44,634 nt of DNA from a virus. Positions 1 to 7,264 of the stretch are shown here, one piece after another; the stretch's first letter is position 1; each line of letters opens with the position of its first letter. The stretch covers positions 1 to 44,634 of IMG/VR virus record IMGVR_UViG_3300024581_002496; one strand, given 5' to 3'. A program made the position numbers and the translations under genes. The notes under the pieces were generated by a model. The model saw nothing but the letters and a program-made list of their open reading frames with translations, ran no database searches and was not told the DNA's origin.

Positions 1-99
1 ATATATGGCCTCAAAGGTTTCAAATAGTCCTTTATGCAATTCTTCTTCAATAAATGTCCTGCCTTCAATTAATCTAAACATATATAAAGCCCATACCCT
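1..99. repeat. Terminal direct repeat, an exact copy of 44536..44634. It is an assembly overlap of a circular or circularly permuted genome.
   Basis: nt 1-99 (atatatggcctcaaaggtttc...aaagcccataccct) are identical to the last 99 nt of the window. Confidence 0.95.
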
Positions 100-180
100 G
101 AAGCCTTTTTTGTGTAGCTCCTGCCCTAAATATTCAGGGTGTTTTATTGAATAGCCTATTATTTTATTGTCTTTGGTCAT
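1..180 (-). CDS. terL: Terminase large subunit, N-terminal part (the ORF wraps across the window ends)
   Basis: ATG at 180 gives MTKDNKIIGYSIKHPEYLGQELHKKGFRVWALY. This is in frame with MFRLIEGRTF..., the start of track ORF 43198..44616. The joined non-redundant ORF, 180..1 plus 44535..43198, encodes 505 aa. Confidence 0.8.
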   Translation of the reverse strand, partial: MTKDNKIIGYSIKHPEYLGQELHKKGFRVWALYMFRLIEGRTFIEEELHKGLFETFEAIY

Positions 181-181
181 A

Positions 182-2212
182 TTAAAATGGTAAATAGCTT
201 TTGATTAGGTATCCTTTGTAGGGTTTGTCGGTATTCATAAATTTTTTTATTAAATGGCGGCTAATATTAAATTTAATTGATGCTTCTTTAATAGAGTCTA
301 AAGAGACTTCATTATTTGTATTGATGTCCTTAATAATAATTGTTACACATCTAATGCTAAGAGATTTTTTTCTTGCTAAATTAATTTTAATCTTTCCTTC
401 TTCTGAAATATTTGCTAAATAACTTCTTAATCTTTCCTTATATTGAGATTCACCTATTTGAGACCTTATTCTTTTGCTTGCTAATGATGCTGCTTCTGAT
501 TTAGTTATTATCTTTATGTGATTAGGGTTTACGCACTTAATATTACCACATTTATTTAAGATAGTATATTTATCTAAAATGGGGCGAAAATGACTCTCAT
601 ATAAATATTTCTTTATATAAACATATTTCTTCCCAATTTTAATTTTTGGATGACCAGTTGGACAATAAAGTAAAGAAAGCCAGCAATTAGTTTTTTTATC
701 TACCTCATAAGATTTAGTTATTCTATAAGTAAAGTTCTTAACTAACCATTCATCTTTAGATATTGGTCTTGTTGGATAATCAATCCAAGTCTTAGATAAA
801 ACAATATCAGAGACTATAGAACTATTATTTGCAATATCTTTCTTAGATATTCCGTCTTTCCATATTATACAGGCTATATCTTTAGGTGGATAACCAGTAT
901 TATATAAAGATATTATCCTTTTTACTTGATTCAAAGTTACTCTTTTCACTTTCCTACAGTTCCCTGATAATTCTTTAGGGATGAACTTTTCTAGCTCTCC
1001 ATCTACTTGTATAATATTATGATTTTTCTTAAAACTATTTCCACAATCACACTCGGATCTAGATTTATTAACAACTAAGTTACATTCGGGGCAAGATTTA
1101 TAGCTAATAACTTTTTTAACCTCTTTTTTATTCTTCATAACATCGTAGTTTAAATCCCAGACATTCTCAAAATCTGGCATTTCATGTTTTAAGACATTAC
1201 CAGCGTGATCTAATATAATAGCCTTGTCTTTACCTTGCGACCTCCTTAAAGCCCTCCCCACTTGCTGTAAATATAGGGTTAATGATTGTGTAGGTCTAAG
1301 TAGTATTGCGGCCTCAATAGCTGGCAAATCAAATCCCTCGCCAACAATATCAACATTACTAAGTATTTTTAACTCCCCATCTTGAAACTTATTTATTAAT
1401 TCGTCTCTCTGTTTATTAGTCATTTGTCCATCAATATGATCCGCTTTAATTCCTGCATCGTTAAATTTCTTTACAACTTCTAAGCTATGATTTATTGAGA
1501 CACAAAAAACAATAGCTTTTTTATTATTACAAATCTTCTTATAATGCTCTATTGCACAACCTGTGATAGTTGACTTGTTTACTACTTTACTTAATTGTTC
1601 TTGGTCGTAGTCGCCATTTTTACTTGCTACGCCTTCTAGATCAATTTTACTAGGTGCGTAAATATCAAAATCAGATAAATAACCTTGATTAATTAATTCT
1701 CTCATTGGTGGAGCTTGAATCATCTTTTCAAAAAACTTTCCTAACCCCTTGCCGTCTAGTCTTTGTGGTGTCGCCGTTAGGCCTATATGGTGAGCATTTG
1801 GAAAGTAATTAAATATTTTGCTCCAAGTTGATGAAGCTATATGATGGCATTCGTCCCATATAATAAAATCTGGCTTTTTAATTAAGTCTAATTTATTAAA
1901 AAGAGATAAAGCACTGCAAATCTGTATAGGATTTTCTAAGTCTTTTTTATAGCCAGTTCCAATAATTGCATGATTAATATTAAAATCATTAAAAGATTTA
2001 CTAGCCTGTTCTATTAACTCCCTTCTGTGGCAGATAAATAAGCCCCTTTTATTTTGTTCTGCAAGAGCTTTTAACATAAACGAGGCTAAAACAGTTTTAC
2101 CCATACCTGTTGAACCTTGTATTATTAAAGACTTATTGCTTTTTAATATATACCTAGCATTTTTAATTAATTCTATTTGATAAGGTCTTAAATTTTTATT
2201 ATCTTTGGTCAT
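182..2212 (-). CDS. SF2 (DEAD/DEAH, RadD-like) helicase fused to a Zn-ribbon and a C-terminal HNH/NUMOD-like homing-endonuclease-type module
   Basis: Helicase motifs LRPYQ, GSTGMGKT, WDECHH, LTATP and QQVGRALRR. Cys4 ribbon CPEC..CDCG. HNH-type box NCW..GHP..CGNIKCVNPNH. C-terminal tail SLDSIKEASIKFNISRHLIKKF..KGYLIKS. Confidence 0.85.
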   Translation of the reverse strand: MTKDNKNLRPYQIELIKNARYILKSNKSLIIQGSTGMGKTVLASFMLKALAEQNKRGLFICHRRELIEQASKSFNDFNINHAIIGTGYKKDLENPIQICSALSLFNKLDLIKKPDFIIWDECHHIASSTWSKIFNYFPNAHHIGLTATPQRLDGKGLGKFFEKMIQAPPMRELINQGYLSDFDIYAPSKIDLEGVASKNGDYDQEQLSKVVNKSTITGCAIEHYKKICNNKKAIVFCVSINHSLEVVKKFNDAGIKADHIDGQMTNKQRDELINKFQDGELKILSNVDIVGEGFDLPAIEAAILLRPTQSLTLYLQQVGRALRRSQGKDKAIILDHAGNVLKHEMPDFENVWDLNYDVMKNKKEVKKVISYKSCPECNLVVNKSRSECDCGNSFKKNHNIIQVDGELEKFIPKELSGNCRKVKRVTLNQVKRIISLYNTGYPPKDIACIIWKDGISKKDIANNSSIVSDIVLSKTWIDYPTRPISKDEWLVKNFTYRITKSYEVDKKTNCWLSLLYCPTGHPKIKIGKKYVYIKKYLYESHFRPILDKYTILNKCGNIKCVNPNHIKIITKSEAASLASKRIRSQIGESQYKERLRSYLANISEEGKIKINLARKKSLSIRCVTIIIKDINTNNEVSLDSIKEASIKFNISRHLIKKFMNTDKPYKGYLIKSYLPF

Positions 2213-2239
2213 TATTTGATCTAAATTAATAAAGTCTTC

Positions 2240-2280
2240 ACCGCTCGCAAGAAGTTGCCTAGAGCTAGTGTTTAAGCGGT
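2240..2280 (-). promoter_or_regulatory. GC-richer structured spacer (inverted repeat ACCGCT/AGCGGT enclosing GCAA-gaag-TTGC) between the Sel1-like gene and the helicase gene
   Basis: The inverted repeats are read directly from the sequence. The composition stands out from the AT-rich surroundings. Confidence 0.3.
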
Positions 2281-2281
2281 T

Positions 2282-2746
2282 CTAGTTTTTTGGCGTTTTT
2301 TCTAAATCTTCCAATCTTAACGAGCTTAGACTGTGGCCTTGATCTTTTGCTTTCTTATAATAGATTTTAGCTTTTTCAATATCTCTTTCTGTTCCTTCGC
2401 CTTTTGCATAGCATTCGGCTAAGTTATAAGCGCAAGATGTTAAGTGATCTGCTGATTTTTTCCAGTAAAAAAAAGCTTTTTCTTTATATGATTTTAACTC
2501 CTCTTCATTATGTGATTGTTTGTTTCTATAATATAAAGCCATTATATTTTCAGCTTGATGATTATTAATCCCCGCAAGTTCTTCTAAAAAATCTAGATCT
2601 GCGTGTTTTCTTACATCAAGATGTAAAATAAAATTTTCAAGTAAAGCTTCATCGCCATTAGACATATCTTTTAATGCTTTTAACTCTTCTTCTTTGTCTC
2701 TGACTAAGTTTTGAAAGCTTTGTAATTCTTTTATTGTTTTTTGCAT
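2282..2746 (-). CDS. Sel1-like (SLR/TPR-type) repeat protein
   Basis: CAYNLAECYAKGEGTERDIEKAKIYYKKAKDQGH fits the Sel1 consensus A..LG..Y..G.G...D...A..WY.KAA..G. Confidence 0.55.
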   Translation of the reverse strand: MQKTIKELQSFQNLVRDKEEELKALKDMSNGDEALLENFILHLDVRKHADLDFLEELAGINNHQAENIMALYYRNKQSHNEEELKSYKEKAFFYWKKSADHLTSCAYNLAECYAKGEGTERDIEKAKIYYKKAKDQGHSLSSLRLEDLEKTPKN

Positions 2747-2775
2747 ATTTAATTTATTTAATTGTTGATATTATT

Positions 2776-2970
2776 TTATTTTGATTTTTTGGCGTTTTTT
2801 CTATATTCCGCATGCATTTTCTTTAATCTTTCTTTATTTGCCTGATAATATGCCCTTCTTTGCTCCCTCACCTTCTCAATATTGTTCTTGCGGTATTCTT
2901 TTTGCTGTTTGCCTACTCTTTCTTTATTGTCTTGATACCACTTTTTGTGATATTCTTTTCTATCTGTCAT
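2776..2970 (-). CDS. Small basic helical-repeat protein (hypothetical)
   Basis: Four Lys/Arg-rich repeats of about 15 aa: EYHKKWYQDNKER, EYRKNNIEKVRE, AYYQANKERLKK and EYRKNAKK. ATGA overlap with the upstream gene. Confidence 0.5.
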   Translation of the reverse strand: MTDRKEYHKKWYQDNKERVGKQQKEYRKNNIEKVREQRRAYYQANKERLKKMHAEYRKNAKKSK

Positions 2971-3479
2971 TGTTTAAAGCTTTTATTTTTATTATTTTTG
3001 TGATATGCTATATCATATCTATTTGTTAATACTGGCCTAGTAATGTTTTTTTTCTCCTTTTCTTTTATTCCTTCCTCCGCTAATCGCTGTATAGCAAGAC
3101 TAAACATTTTGCTTTCTATTTGGTTGTTTCTTTGTCTACTATCTGCAATTTTTAACCAGTGCTTAAAATCTCTTTCATTAAAAGAATTAGGCATATCAGA
3201 AGCATAAGAGCGCCAAAGATTGTCTAGTTCCTCTTCTTTAATAGGCTCTTGCTCATTATAAATAAAAAATTCCATAAAATCATTATTATATTTAGCTTTA
3301 ATATTATCTTCTAGCTCTTCCCATTCCTTTTTTAGGCCTTCTTGTTTCTTTTGTAATCCTAAGTGAGATTTATTTAGTAAATATTTTCTTGTTCTTTTAA
3401 AGTCTTGCAATGGTTTTTTTAAAGCGCTAAGAGCAGCCCAAGCGTCCAATCTTAATTCTGTCTCTGTTTTATTTGTCAT
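2967..3479 (-). CDS. Hypothetical protein
   Basis: Track ORF starting MTNK. A promoter-like element lies upstream. No recognisable motif. Confidence 0.6.
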   Translation of the reverse strand: MTNKTETELRLDAWAALSALKKPLQDFKRTRKYLLNKSHLGLQKKQEGLKKEWEELEDNIKAKYNNDFMEFFIYNEQEPIKEEELDNLWRSYASDMPNSFNERDFKHWLKIADSRQRNNQIESKMFSLAIQRLAEEGIKEKEKKNITRPVLTNRYDIAYHKNNKNKSFKQ

Positions 3480-3509
3480 TGTTTATCTAATAGTTACTAG
3501 CTTGTCAAT

Positions 3510-3538
3510 AGCGTATTGTGTTAAGTGCAATTTGTCAA
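3510..3538 (-). promoter_or_regulatory. Sigma70-like promoter (minus strand): TTGACA-N17-TACGCT with an upstream A9 tract
   Basis: The reverse complement of 3533..3538 is TTGACA and of 3510..3515 is TACGCT. A second TTGACA lies at 3503..3508. Confidence 0.45.
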
Positions 3539-3557
3539 GCCTTTTTTTTTATTTAAT

Positions 3558-4106
3558 TTATTTGTCATTGTTTTTATTATTGTAATGAAGTTCAATACTA
3601 TCAAAATTTATTCTTTTTTTATTTTTTATTGTTTCATATCCTTTTATTTTTCGTAGTCCTATTATTCTTCTAAAACCTGTTTCATAAATTGGATCATCAA
3701 ATCCTATCATATCAGTCCATTCATTTGATTCAATTAGTTTATTTATTTCTGTTTTTAATTTTTTAAATCTTTCTGTTAATAAAATAGGTTCGTCGCAACG
3801 ATGATAATGACAATCCAAGTAACTATCTATTTTTATCTTTATAACAATAGAAAGCTTTAAATCAATTAAGACTTTTATTGTTTGAAGAAAGTATTTTAAA
3901 TAACCTTCAAATTCTTTTTCATTAGAAAATACCGAGTTATTAAAATAAAAACTGTGAAAAAAAGTTTTCTTAAAAAAATCGGTTTTATATTCATAGTTAG
4001 CAGACCTGCTTTCTAAATCTTTTAATAAACTCTTCAAAAGATAAATAATATCAACATCTTTTTCTGCCTCTATTTTCTTTTTTAATTCCTCAAGTTTATT
4101 TGTCAT
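3558..4106 (-). CDS. Hypothetical protein
   Basis: Track ORF starting MTNK, tightly packed with its neighbours. Confidence 0.6.
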   Translation of the reverse strand: MTNKLEELKKKIEAEKDVDIIYLLKSLLKDLESRSANYEYKTDFFKKTFFHSFYFNNSVFSNEKEFEGYLKYFLQTIKVLIDLKLSIVIKIKIDSYLDCHYHRCDEPILLTERFKKLKTEINKLIESNEWTDMIGFDDPIYETGFRRIIGLRKIKGYETIKNKKRINFDSIELHYNNKNNDK

Positions 4107-4109
4107 TGT

Positions 4110-4538
4110 TTAATCTTTTGAATTAATAACTTGCATAATATGGTCATCGCAGGCCCTTGCTTCTTCCTCTGTAATGAATACTTTTTTTACTGCTTGTTCT
4201 TTATTGTCAACTTCTGTTCTTATACTAAATTCATCTTTACACTTCCTTTCTAGATACCATTGACTGGCTTTTACATCGCCGTTATCTATTGCTTTTACAA
4301 TGTTTAAAGTAGCCGCCGCGACTGGGTTTTTCTTCAATCTCTCTTTTATGGTTGAAAATTCTGGGTGTTTATCGCAATAATTATATAATGTCACTTTGTC
4401 AATTCCTACATGGTCGCAAGCCAGCTGGTCGCTGAAGCCATTAGAAAAACAAGCAACTAATTTTTTAACCACCTCATCAGTCATTTTTGTTGGTCTTCCT
4501 GCCTTTCCTTTTGTTATTTGCGTGTCTTTATTTATCAT
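4110..4538 (-). CDS. HTH DNA-binding protein resembling small-terminase-type proteins (candidate TerS or regulator)
   Basis: GKAGRPTKMTDEVVKKL..GFSDQLACDHVGIDKVTLYNYCDKHPEFS..ASQWYLERK matches the pattern GRP-tk..HTH..W...hpeF...WlLer. Confidence 0.4.
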   Translation of the reverse strand: MINKDTQITKGKAGRPTKMTDEVVKKLVACFSNGFSDQLACDHVGIDKVTLYNYCDKHPEFSTIKERLKKNPVAAATLNIVKAIDNGDVKASQWYLERKCKDEFSIRTEVDNKEQAVKKVFITEEEARACDDHIMQVINSKD

Positions 4539-5115
4539 TGTTAATATAATTTATTGCTATGTTTATTATTTGAATAAAATTAAGAAATTTCTTAAATCCA
4601 TTTTTACCGCTCCCTATTTCTACACATATTAAAAACAAATTATGAATAGATCTAATATTTACAATATCATTTGGTGTTTTTAAAAAAGATAAAGTAAAGT
4701 AAATGATACCTTCTTGAACCTTGCTTTTTTTTAAATTAATAGAGCTGTATTCATCAATCTTAGTAATTGCAATATCGTTTAGTTTTTCATAATCTAGTTT
4801 AAGATCTATTTTATTAAAATCAAAATCTACTTCTATAATATTTTTTTCTTTTTCTATAATAAATGGTATATAATTCTTTTTCTTATGTTTTGCTTCCCAT
4901 AATATAATATTTAATAAAGACTCTATCTCGTGCCAGATATCAGCATAATGCTTTGTTTTTAGATCATCAGCAAAAAAAGACTTGATAAAACTTTTTTTTC
5001 TAGGTTTTTCTATTGTTATTAATAGCTCCTTAGCTTCAATGCTTGTAATAAGTTCAGTTATTCTGGCATAAGATAAAGTTTTGTTTTCTGTTATTTCTGT
5101 ATTGTTATTTATCAT
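4528..5115 (-). CDS. Hypothetical protein
   Basis: Track ORF with an 11-nt overlap with the downstream gene. No motif recognised. Confidence 0.6.
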   Translation of the reverse strand: MINNNTEITENKTLSYARITELITSIEAKELLITIEKPRKKSFIKSFFADDLKTKHYADIWHEIESLLNIILWEAKHKKKNYIPFIIEKEKNIIEVDFDFNKIDLKLDYEKLNDIAITKIDEYSSINLKKSKVQEGIIYFTLSFLKTPNDIVNIRSIHNLFLICVEIGSGKNGFKKFLNFIQIINIAINYINNDK

Positions 5116-5117
5116 TA

Positions 5118-5822
5118 TTAATATTCTTTTAATTTATTACGATCTATGGCCCCTAATCTTCCACATAGATATTCATTTTCTATATCTTCCTTTCTGCTAT
5201 TATAATAATCAGTAATAGGGTATATATAAACATTATCATCAAAGTCTGCTAAATATATTTGATCTTTTCTTACTTTGTTCATTAAAGATGTATCGCTAGA
5301 AAATTTTATCTGATCTAACTTATTGATTAATAAATAATCTAAAGCTTTCTTAAATACTTTATTTGTCATTGCACTTTTCTTGCGACCTTTTGGATAATAG
5401 ACTAATTGTCTTATCTTGCAATTAAAGCCATAATGTATCTTATAAATATATCTGATATTATTTAGTAAAAAAGTTATTTCAAATTTTATAGCTTCATCAT
5501 TACTGTTTGATAAATCTGTTAAGCAGTCTTTGTATTTATATTTATAAAATCTATCATAGCTAATAATTTTATTAAAAAGCTCTATTGCCCCTTTTAAGTC
5601 TTGCATTGCTTCTTCCTTCCCAAAAACATAAACATCTTTTAATAATTTAATATCTTTTGTTTTACCTCCTATAATTCTATATTTAGCATTTATTATATTA
5701 TCTTTACTTTGCCTTAGAGGTCCTAACAGAAATTTATCTCTTTTTACTGTGAGAGCCTCTAAAGATATTGTTTGCCTTTCGGTTATAAATTTATAGTTTG
5801 ATACTGAAAAATCTATTATCAT
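5118..5822 (-). CDS. Hypothetical protein. The N-terminus resembles the first strands of AAA_15/AAA_21 (RecF/ABC-like) ATPases but has no P-loop.
   Basis: MIIDFSVSNYKFITERQTISL and FEITFLLNNIRYIYKIHYG resemble that family. No GxxGxGK[ST] motif occurs anywhere in the protein. Confidence 0.55.
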   Translation of the reverse strand: MIIDFSVSNYKFITERQTISLEALTVKRDKFLLGPLRQSKDNIINAKYRIIGGKTKDIKLLKDVYVFGKEEAMQDLKGAIELFNKIISYDRFYKYKYKDCLTDLSNSNDEAIKFEITFLLNNIRYIYKIHYGFNCKIRQLVYYPKGRKKSAMTNKVFKKALDYLLINKLDQIKFSSDTSLMNKVRKDQIYLADFDDNVYIYPITDYYNSRKEDIENEYLCGRLGAIDRNKLKEY

Positions 5823-6397
5823 TTTATATACTCAATTGGTTGATCAAGGCAAATATGAATAGAGTTTTGCCTTCTTCCCTCTATTGTTCCGCAAATTAAG
5901 CTTTTTCTTGCAATGCAAAAAGTATCATAACTAATATTTTTAGCATTAATATGGTCAATGCTAATATCATTAGCTTTAATATCATTAGCTTTAATATAAA
6001 AAGCTTCAATATTCCAAGCATTAATATCATTTACAGCGTCAATATATTCAACGGCTTTAATATGTAAAGCTTCAATAGAATAAACATTAATATTTTCAGC
6101 CTCGATATTAGAAACATTAATATCATCAGCTTCAATATTTCCAGCTTCAATATCCCAAGCTTGTATATTATTAGCGTTAATATTGTGGGCTTTAATATCA
6201 GTAGCTTTAATATTGTGGGCTTTAATATTATAAGCTTTAATATTCCAAGCTTGTATATTTTTAGCTTTTATGTTTTTAGCTTTTATATGTGCGTTAATAG
6301 CAATATTACATCTTATTATTAAATCATCTTTAATGATAATATTATTCTTATCAATTAAAGCCTCTAATTCTTCTTGTTTATTTATTATTACTGTCAT
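5819..6397 (-). CDS. Non-canonical 5-residue repeat (A-x-N/D-I-x) protein, paralog 1
   Basis: About 25 consecutive pentads: AKNIK AKNIQ AWNIK AYNIK AHNIK ATDIK AHNIN ... It shares N- and C-terminal regions with 6446..6907. Confidence 0.75.
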   Translation of the reverse strand: MTVIINKQEELEALIDKNNIIIKDDLIIRCNIAINAHIKAKNIKAKNIQAWNIKAYNIKAHNIKATDIKAHNINANNIQAWDIEAGNIEADDINVSNIEAENINVYSIEALHIKAVEYIDAVNDINAWNIEAFYIKANDIKANDISIDHINAKNISYDTFCIARKSLICGTIEGRRQNSIHICLDQPIEYIK

Positions 6398-6419
6398 TGT
6401 TTTTATATTTATATTTTAA

Positions 6420-6493
6420 GTAAATCTATATATTTAATATCATCATTAAAACAAAAGTAAATCTATATATTTAATATCATCATTAAAACAAAA
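6420..6493. repeat. Perfect 37-bp tandem duplication (6420..6456 = 6457..6493) covering the 3' end of the paralog-2 gene
   Basis: gtaaatctatatatttaatatcatcattaaaacaaaa occurs twice, head to tail. Confidence 0.95.
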
Positions 6494-6907
6494 ATGCGCG
6501 TCTTTTGTTGCTCCTGAAACATAACTGCAAATAAATTTATCTTGAGCTAAGCAATATTCATTATAATAAATCTTTGCACAAAAAATAGCATTTGCTTTTA
6601 TGCTATTAGCTATTATATCCCAAGCTTTAATATCGTGATAAGTTTTAATATTTCTAGCTCTAATCTTGAAAGCTCTAATAGAAAAACCAAAATCAAAAGT
6701 GTTAAATCCATTAGTCTCAATATTTTTAGCTTTAATAGTGTTAGCCTCAATAGTGCAAGCTTTTATATTTTTAGCCCTGATATTATAGGCGGTTATATTT
6801 GCATTAATATCAATATTACATTTTATAATCAAATTATCTTTAATTATGATACTATTATTATCCATTAAAGCCTCTAATTCTTCTTGTGTGTTTATTATTA
6901 TTGTCAT
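6446..6907 (-). CDS. Non-canonical 5-residue repeat (A-x-N-I-x) protein, paralog 2
   Basis: N-terminus MTIIINTQEELEALMDNNSIIIKDNLIIKCNIDINA compares with MTVIINKQEELEALIDKNNIIIKDDLIIRCNIAINA in paralog 1. Pentads AYNIR AKNIK ACTIE ANTIK AKNIE. Confidence 0.75.
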   Translation of the reverse strand: MTIIINTQEELEALMDNNSIIIKDNLIIKCNIDINANITAYNIRAKNIKACTIEANTIKAKNIETNGFNTFDFGFSIRAFKIRARNIKTYHDIKAWDIIANSIKANAIFCAKIYYNEYCLAQDKFICSYVSGATKDAHFCFNDDIKYIDLLLF

Positions 6908-6911
6908 TGTT

Positions 6912-7262
6912 TTATATTTTAATTATTATTGCCTTTTCGTAACATTCTTTAATAATTCTTTTCTTTTCTTTGTGATTAAAGCGATTATATCTTGCGTCTA
7001 AGTGCGTTAAAGTGTATGGCAATGGTGGCAATTCTGTTAGTCCGTTTCCTTTACATTTTAATATTTCAATATTATTAGCAATAGTCTCAAGCTTTAAATA
7101 TAAATCTTGCCCATCATAATTGTTTAAATTTAGAGTAATAAATTCAATATGCTTTTTTCCTCTTTGCTCCTGCCATTGTCTTATTACTTTTAATCTATCT
7201 GTTATTGTATGTTTTTTTAATAGTTTGTCTGCTGGCACTGTGTTAAATTGTAAATTTCTCAT
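6912..7262 (-). CDS. Small leucine-rich-repeat (LRR) containing protein
   Basis: IEILKCKGNGLTELPPLPYTLTHLDARYNRF fits the bacterial LRR pattern L.C..N.LT.LP.LP..L..L....N. Confidence 0.5.
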   Translation of the reverse strand: MRNLQFNTVPADKLLKKHTITDRLKVIRQWQEQRGKKHIEFITLNLNNYDGQDLYLKLETIANNIEILKCKGNGLTELPPLPYTLTHLDARYNRFNHKEKKRIIKECYEKAIIIKI

Positions 7263-7264
7263 AG

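Noticed and set aside
2259-2268. CTAGAGCTAG looked like a 10-bp palindrome (possible operator)
   Set aside because: Its reverse complement is CTAGCTCTAG, so it is only two CTAG tetramers in tandem and not a true palindrome.
5940-6300. Regular 15-nt periodic DNA repeats (agctttaatat...) that at first sight resemble a repeat array or satellite
   Set aside because: The period is 15 nt with no spacers, and the repeats lie entirely inside an ORF encoding 5-residue protein repeats. This is not a CRISPR array or a non-coding satellite.
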